Below are positions 60,080 through 64,000 of a stretch of 64,000 nt of DNA, one piece after another. The first letter of the stretch is position 1. The number at the start of each line of letters is the position of its first letter. Source of the stretch: Thermoplasmata archaeon. Its GTDB lineage: Archaea; Thermoplasmatota; Thermoplasmata; Lutacidiplasmatales; UBA184. A model generated the notes under the pieces. That model saw only the letters and a list, made by a program, of their open reading frames with translations, ran no database searches and had not been told where the DNA came from. The translations under genes and the position numbers were made by a program. The DNA is taken from assembly GCA_049584655.1 (NCBI GenBank), contig JBAUYF010000001.1:7290-71289 (forward strand). The letters are read 5' to 3'.

Positions 60080-60853
60080 TCAGTGCTGCACTCGGCGTCC
60101 GGAGGGATCGCGTTTGTAACGTCCGAAATCCTCCAGCCCTACCAGCCGCTCGGCGGGAAAAACGGGTCCGTCAACGCAAACATGTAATGGCCCCAGAGCA
60201 CACGCATCGCACAGGCCCAGGGCGCACTTCATCTGGCGTTCTACGGAGCAGAAAACTGGGACGTGGTGCCGCTTCGCCGATTCGCAAACCTTCTGCATCA
60301 TGATCTCGGGACCGCAGGTCCAAACAACATCGAAGGACTCTTCACCCAGAAGTCGGTCGGCGAGCAGCGTCACGAACCCTTTGGCTCCCCTCGTACCGTC
60401 GTCCGTCGCTTCTACGACCCGGGCGCCCATGCCCCGAAATCGGCCCGCGAAAAGGAGCTCGGCGGCCGTGGTCGCCCCCAACGCAGCGGTCAACTTCGCT
60501 CCTTGGGTCGCTGCGCTCTCCGCCGCCGGCGCGAGGACCGCCGATCCCGAGCCCCCACCCACGATGAGAATCCGTCGTGGCGCCAGGTCGAATCGGTTCC
60601 CGTAGGGGCCTCGAATTCCAATGCGGCTTCCGACTGGGATCGACTGGATGGCTCGGCTCGTGGATCCCATGACCTTCACCGTGATTCCCTTCGAGGGCCC
60701 GGTGTAGGACAGGGACATCGGAATCTCGTCGTCGCCCGGTATCCAAACCATCACGAATTGGCCGGGATCGGCTTGTGGGGCGTAGGAAAACCGTAGCGTG
60801 ACGGTACTGGGGGTTTCCTGAACTCGGCCCGTGACCGCTACGACCGTTCGCAC
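60080..60853 (-). CDS. pyrK: Dihydroorotate dehydrogenase electron-transfer subunit
   Basis: FAD/NAD(P)-binding ferredoxin-reductase fold plus the C-terminal 2Fe-2S motif C...CALGLCDAC...C. Confidence 0.9.
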   Translation of the reverse strand: MRTVVAVTGRVQETPSTVTLRFSYAPQADPGQFVMVWIPGDDEIPMSLSYTGPSKGITVKVMGSTSRAIQSIPVGSRIGIRGPYGNRFDLAPRRILIVGGGSGSAVLAPAAESAATQGAKLTAALGATTAAELLFAGRFRGMGARVVEATDDGTRGAKGFVTLLADRLLGEESFDVVWTCGPEIMMQKVCESAKRHHVPVFCSVERQMKCALGLCDACALGPLHVCVDGPVFPAERLVGLEDFGRYKRDPSGRRVQH

Positions 60854-60903
60854 GAGCGTGACTATTCTCGGGTCGTATTAGCCGTTCGGAGGGCCAATGA
60901 GTC

Positions 60904-61824
60904 TCAGGTATTCGGTGGGTGGGCTACTCCGATAACGTCCTCGAGGCGATGGATCCCCAATTCGTCCAAGAGATGGTCAAGTTCGCGAACGAGCCGCCCG
61001 AAGACGCCAATCCCTTCCCAGGCAACGACGGTCCCCACCTCGACCGCTCTCGCGCCCGCCATGACGTATTCGAGTGCGTCTTCGGCGCGAACGATTCCCC
61101 CCACGCCAAGGATCGGTATCCGAAGCCTCTCGAAGAGTTGCCAAACTACCGCCAGTCCAACGGGCTTGATTGCCGGGCCACTGAGACCGCCCAGCCCATG
61201 GGAGAGCACGGGTCGTCGGAGCCGGACATCGACTCCGAGCGCGCGAAGGGTATTGATCGCACTAACGGCCGCCGCGCCCCCGCGCTCCGCGGCCAGCGCC
61301 AATGCCACCGCATCGGCTGTATTCGGGGTAATTTTGGCGATGACGGGTATCCGGACGGCCGACACGACAGCACGTGTGATCGACTCGACGTCCGCGGGAT
61401 CCGATCCTACTTCCGTCCCGACACCCTCCGCGTGAGGGCAGCTGAGGTTCAGCTCGAGGGCCGCGACCCCCTCGGCTTCCATCTGGCGAGCCAATGCCGC
61501 AAACTCGCTCGCGTCTGAGCCAAATATGGATCCAATCACCGTGGTTCCCGCCCCCCGAGCCGTTGCGATCTCTTTCGGATAATCCTCGATCCCGGGATTG
61601 GGAAGCCCCATCGCATTCAGGAATCCCCAATGCTCGAAGCTCTCGATCGTAGGGTTGGGGTAACCCATGCGAGGTCCCGAACCGATCGACTTGGTGATTA
61701 CCCCACCCGCGCCAGCTTTCCAGGCGCCGAGGAGCGATTCCCCGCTTTCTCCCCATATGCCGGAAGCTAGCAGGAAGGGGTTCCGCAACGTGAGTCCCGC
61801 CACCCGGACGGAGAGATCGGCCAC
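60904..61824 (-). CDS. pyrD: Dihydroorotate dehydrogenase (class 1B) catalytic subunit
   Basis: GLTLRNPFLLASG, ELNLSCPH, and GGLSGPAIKPV. Confidence 0.93.
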   Translation of the reverse strand: MADLSVRVAGLTLRNPFLLASGIWGESGESLLGAWKAGAGGVITKSIGSGPRMGYPNPTIESFEHWGFLNAMGLPNPGIEDYPKEIATARGAGTTVIGSIFGSDASEFAALARQMEAEGVAALELNLSCPHAEGVGTEVGSDPADVESITRAVVSAVRIPVIAKITPNTADAVALALAAERGGAAAVSAINTLRALGVDVRLRRPVLSHGLGGLSGPAIKPVGLAVVWQLFERLRIPILGVGGIVRAEDALEYVMAGARAVEVGTVVAWEGIGVFGRLVRELDHLLDELGIHRLEDVIGVAHPPNT

Positions 61825-61848
61825 GACAATTGCTGACGGGTGGTGTCC

Positions 61849-61854
61849 TTAAAT
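61849..61854 (+). promoter_or_regulatory. TATA-like box (TTAAAT) upstream of clpB
   Basis: About 28 nt upstream of the ATG at 61880. Confidence 0.3.
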
Positions 61855-61879
61855 CAGTATTTCCGCTTGAACCCGACCG

Positions 61880-64000
61880 ATGCACCTCGACAAACTCACG
61901 GATGCCGCGCGTCAGGCCCTCGAGGGCGCGTTTCAGCTGGCCTCCGAGCGACGGCATGCCTCCGTCGAACCGGAGCACCTTCTGGCGGCCCTTCTCGCGG
62001 ATTCCGAAGGGACGACCACGGCGCTCCTGAATCAACTTCACGTTCCCGTCGCGCGACTCAAGGAGCGGCTCGATGCCGCCCTCGGAAAGCTTCCCACCGC
62101 GGACCACGTGGCGCCTTCCGACCAATTTCTGTCGCGAGCGCTCACGCAAGTGATTGACGCAGCCGAGGCGGAGGCCGCGCGTAGAAAGGATCGGTATACG
62201 ACCGTCGACGAGCTCCTCCTCGGTCTCGTGGCGACAACCTCCCCGAGTAGAACCATTCTGGAAGAGTTCGGCGTGCGGAAAGCCGCCCTCGAGGAGGCAC
62301 TCAAGTCCCTGCGCGGGGGCGAGCGACCGGTTTCCAGTCGGCAAGAAGAGTCGCAGTACCGCGCCTTGGAGAAGTATGGCCGGGATCTGACCGAACTCGC
62401 CAAATCTCGCAAACTAGACCCCGTCATTGGACGGGACGACGAGATCCGACGCACCATCCAGATCCTCTCCCGACGGACGAAGAACAATCCCGTCCTCATC
62501 GGGGATCCGGGGGTTGGCAAAACGGCGGTTGTCGAAGGGTTGGCGCAGCGTATCGCCAACAACGACGTGCCGGAGTCGCTGCGCGAGCGTCGCGTCGTGG
62601 CGCTGGACTTGGGCGCCTTGCTCGCGGGGGCGAAATTCCGCGGCGAGTTTGAGGAGCGGATCAAAGCCGTCTTGCAAGAGGTCGAGCGCTCGGAGGGCCG
62701 GGTCCTCCTCTTCATCGACGAACTGCACACCCTTGTGCATGCGGGAGCGACGGAAGGCGGATCCCTGGATGCCTCGAATCTGCTCAAGCCGGCCCTCGCG
62801 CGAGGAACCTTGCACGCGATTGGAGCTACAACGATCCAGGAATATCGCAAATACATCGAGAAGGACGCCGCACTGGAGCGGAGGTTCCAGCCCGTCATGG
62901 TTCAAGAGCCCACTGTCGAGGATACGATCTCCATCCTTCGCGGATTACGGGAGCGATACGAGCTTCACCACGGCGTGAAAATTCATGACTCCGCGTTGGT
63001 GGCGGCCGCCACGCTCTCGGCCCGCTATATCTCCGACCGTCACCTACCGGACAAGGCCATCGACGCCATGGACGAGGCGGCCTCGATGGTGCGTCTCACG
63101 CTCGATTCCCGACCGACCGAACTGGATCAACTTACGCGGCGCATTCGTCAATTGGAGATCGAGCGCGCCGCGCTCAAACGCGAACGAGACGCCGCCTCCA
63201 AGGATCGTTTGGCCAAGCTCGAAAAGGAGCTAGCGAACCTCAAGGAGCGGGAAGGGGCACTCCAGAGTCGGTGGAAACGCGAGAAGGAACAAGTCGAACA
63301 AATTCGCGCGCTCCGAGCCGAGGTGGAAAAGGCAAAGGCCGAGGAAGAACAGGCGGAACGCTCCGGCGATTTGGAGGCCGCCGCCCGACTTCGGTACGGG
63401 AAACTACCGGAGCTTCAGAAGAAACTCGCCTCGGTGAGCAAAGGGGTCGAGGGTCCGGCAGGGGACTCGCTCCTTCGGGAGGAAGTCGACGAGGAGGACG
63501 TTGCCCTGGTGGTATCGAAATGGAGCGGGGTTCCATTAGCCCGTTTACTTCAGGGCGAGACGCAACGACTTCTTACGATGGAAGAGGAGCTTCGGCGGCG
63601 CGTCGTGGGCCAGGACGAAGCCGTTCGCACAGTGGCCGCAGCCGTGCGACGTTCTCGTTCCGGTTTGGGTGACCCCAATCGACCTATCGGATCGTTCCTC
63701 TTTGTGGGGCCGACGGGCGTGGGCAAGACGGAACTCGCCAAGGCGCTAGCGCTCTTTCTCTTCCACAACGAGAAGGCGCTCGTACGAATCGACATGAGCG
63801 AATACACCGAGAAGCACACCGTCGCGCGACTGATCGGGGCGCCGCCCGGATATGTGGGCTATGAGGAAGGCGGACAGCTCACTGAGGCGGTTCGCACCCA
63901 TCCCTACACCGTGCTCCTGTTCGACGAGATCGAGAAAGCCCACCCCGAGGTCATCAACATTCTACTTCAGCTGATGGACGAGGGGCGATTGACCGACGGA
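61880..64000 (+). CDS. clpB: ClpB/Hsp104-type AAA+ disaggregase (C-terminus beyond the right edge)
   Basis: Not in the ORF track because no stop falls inside the window. My own translation from the ATG at 61880 gives [26 protein letters not shown]..., [44 protein letters not shown], a coiled-coil middle domain, and the second Walker [15 protein letters not shown]. Confidence 0.93.
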   Translation, partial: MHLDKLTDAARQALEGAFQLASERRHASVEPEHLLAALLADSEGTTTALLNQLHVPVARLKERLDAALGKLPTADHVAPSDQFLSRALTQVIDAAEAEAARRKDRYTTVDELLLGLVATTSPSRTILEEFGVRKAALEEALKSLRGGERPVSSRQEESQYRALEKYGRDLTELAKSRKLDPVIGRDDEIRRTIQILSRRTKNNPVLIGDPGVGKTAVVEGLAQRIANNDVPESLRERRVVALDLGALLAGAKFRGEFEERIKAVLQEVERSEGRVLLFIDELHTLVHAGATEGGSLDASNLLKPALARGTLHAIGATTIQEYRKYIEKDAALERRFQPVMVQEPTVEDTISILRGLRERYELHHGVKIHDSALVAAATLSARYISDRHLPDKAIDAMDEAASMVRLTLDSRPTELDQLTRRIRQLEIERAALKRERDAASKDRLAKLEKELANLKEREGALQSRWKREKEQVEQIRALRAEVEKAKAEEEQAERSGDLEAAARLRYGKLPELQKKLASVSKGVEGPAGDSLLREEVDEEDVALVVSKWSGVPLARLLQGETQRLLTMEEELRRRVVGQDEAVRTVAAAVRRSRSGLGDPNRPIGSFLFVGPTGVGKTELAKALALFLFHNEKALVRIDMSEYTEKHTVARLIGAPPGYVGYEEGGQLTEAVRTHPYTVLLFDEIEKAHPEVINILLQLMDEGRLTDG

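Noticed and set aside
61262-62898. Minus-strand ORFs of 360 aa and 286 aa (61262-62344, 62038-62898)
   Set aside because: Antisense to pyrD and clpB. The clpB frame is missing from the ORF track only because it has no stop inside the window.

Overview
This is a GC-rich stretch of archaeal chromosome, densely packed with housekeeping genes. I saw no rRNA, CRISPR array, transposase, integrase or prophage signature.

**Archaeal hallmarks**
- The rpoH-rpoB-rpoA' RNA polymerase operon, with rpoB unsplit.
- The rpl18e-rpl13-rps9-rpoN block.
- Proteasome beta subunit, aCPSF1, MCM, Cdc48, SepF, NMD3 and Cgi121.

**Metabolism and translation**
- Purine genes: purS, purL, purE and guaA subunit B.
- Pyrimidine genes: pyrG, pyrK and pyrD.
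- folC, the methylmalonyl-CoA mutase catalytic subunit, and alaS and aspS.
- A three-gene succinate dehydrogenase/fumarate reductase set whose third subunit is an HdrB-like CCG protein rather than a membrane anchor.

**Bacterial-type genes in this archaeal setting**
- mutS and mutL, plus clpB, which is truncated at the right edge.

**Lineage**
The unsplit rpoB, SepF and the overall gene content suggest a euryarchaeal or Thermoplasmatota-like uncultured lineage. That is only an inference.

**Most unusual observations**
- Three tRNA genes read by hand on the minus strand. tRNA-Lys(UUU) carries two non-canonical introns, one in the D-loop and one in the T-loop. tRNA-Gly(UCC) carries a T-loop intron at the same position and has C instead of U at position 33. 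tRNA-Ser(UGA) is conventional.
- A PD-(D/E)xK (Hjc-like) nuclease-fold ORF whose ATG overlaps the mutL stop codon.
- aspS, whose conserved N-terminus has no canonical start codon in frame.
- A CxxC...CxxC insertion in RpoB.
- A 1114-aa membrane-anchored surface protein that is extremely rich in N-glycosylation sequons.

**Caveats**
Many long ORFs in the six-frame track are antisense artefacts of the high GC content, and I rejected them. All product calls rest on motif and family recognition by eye, not on database searches.
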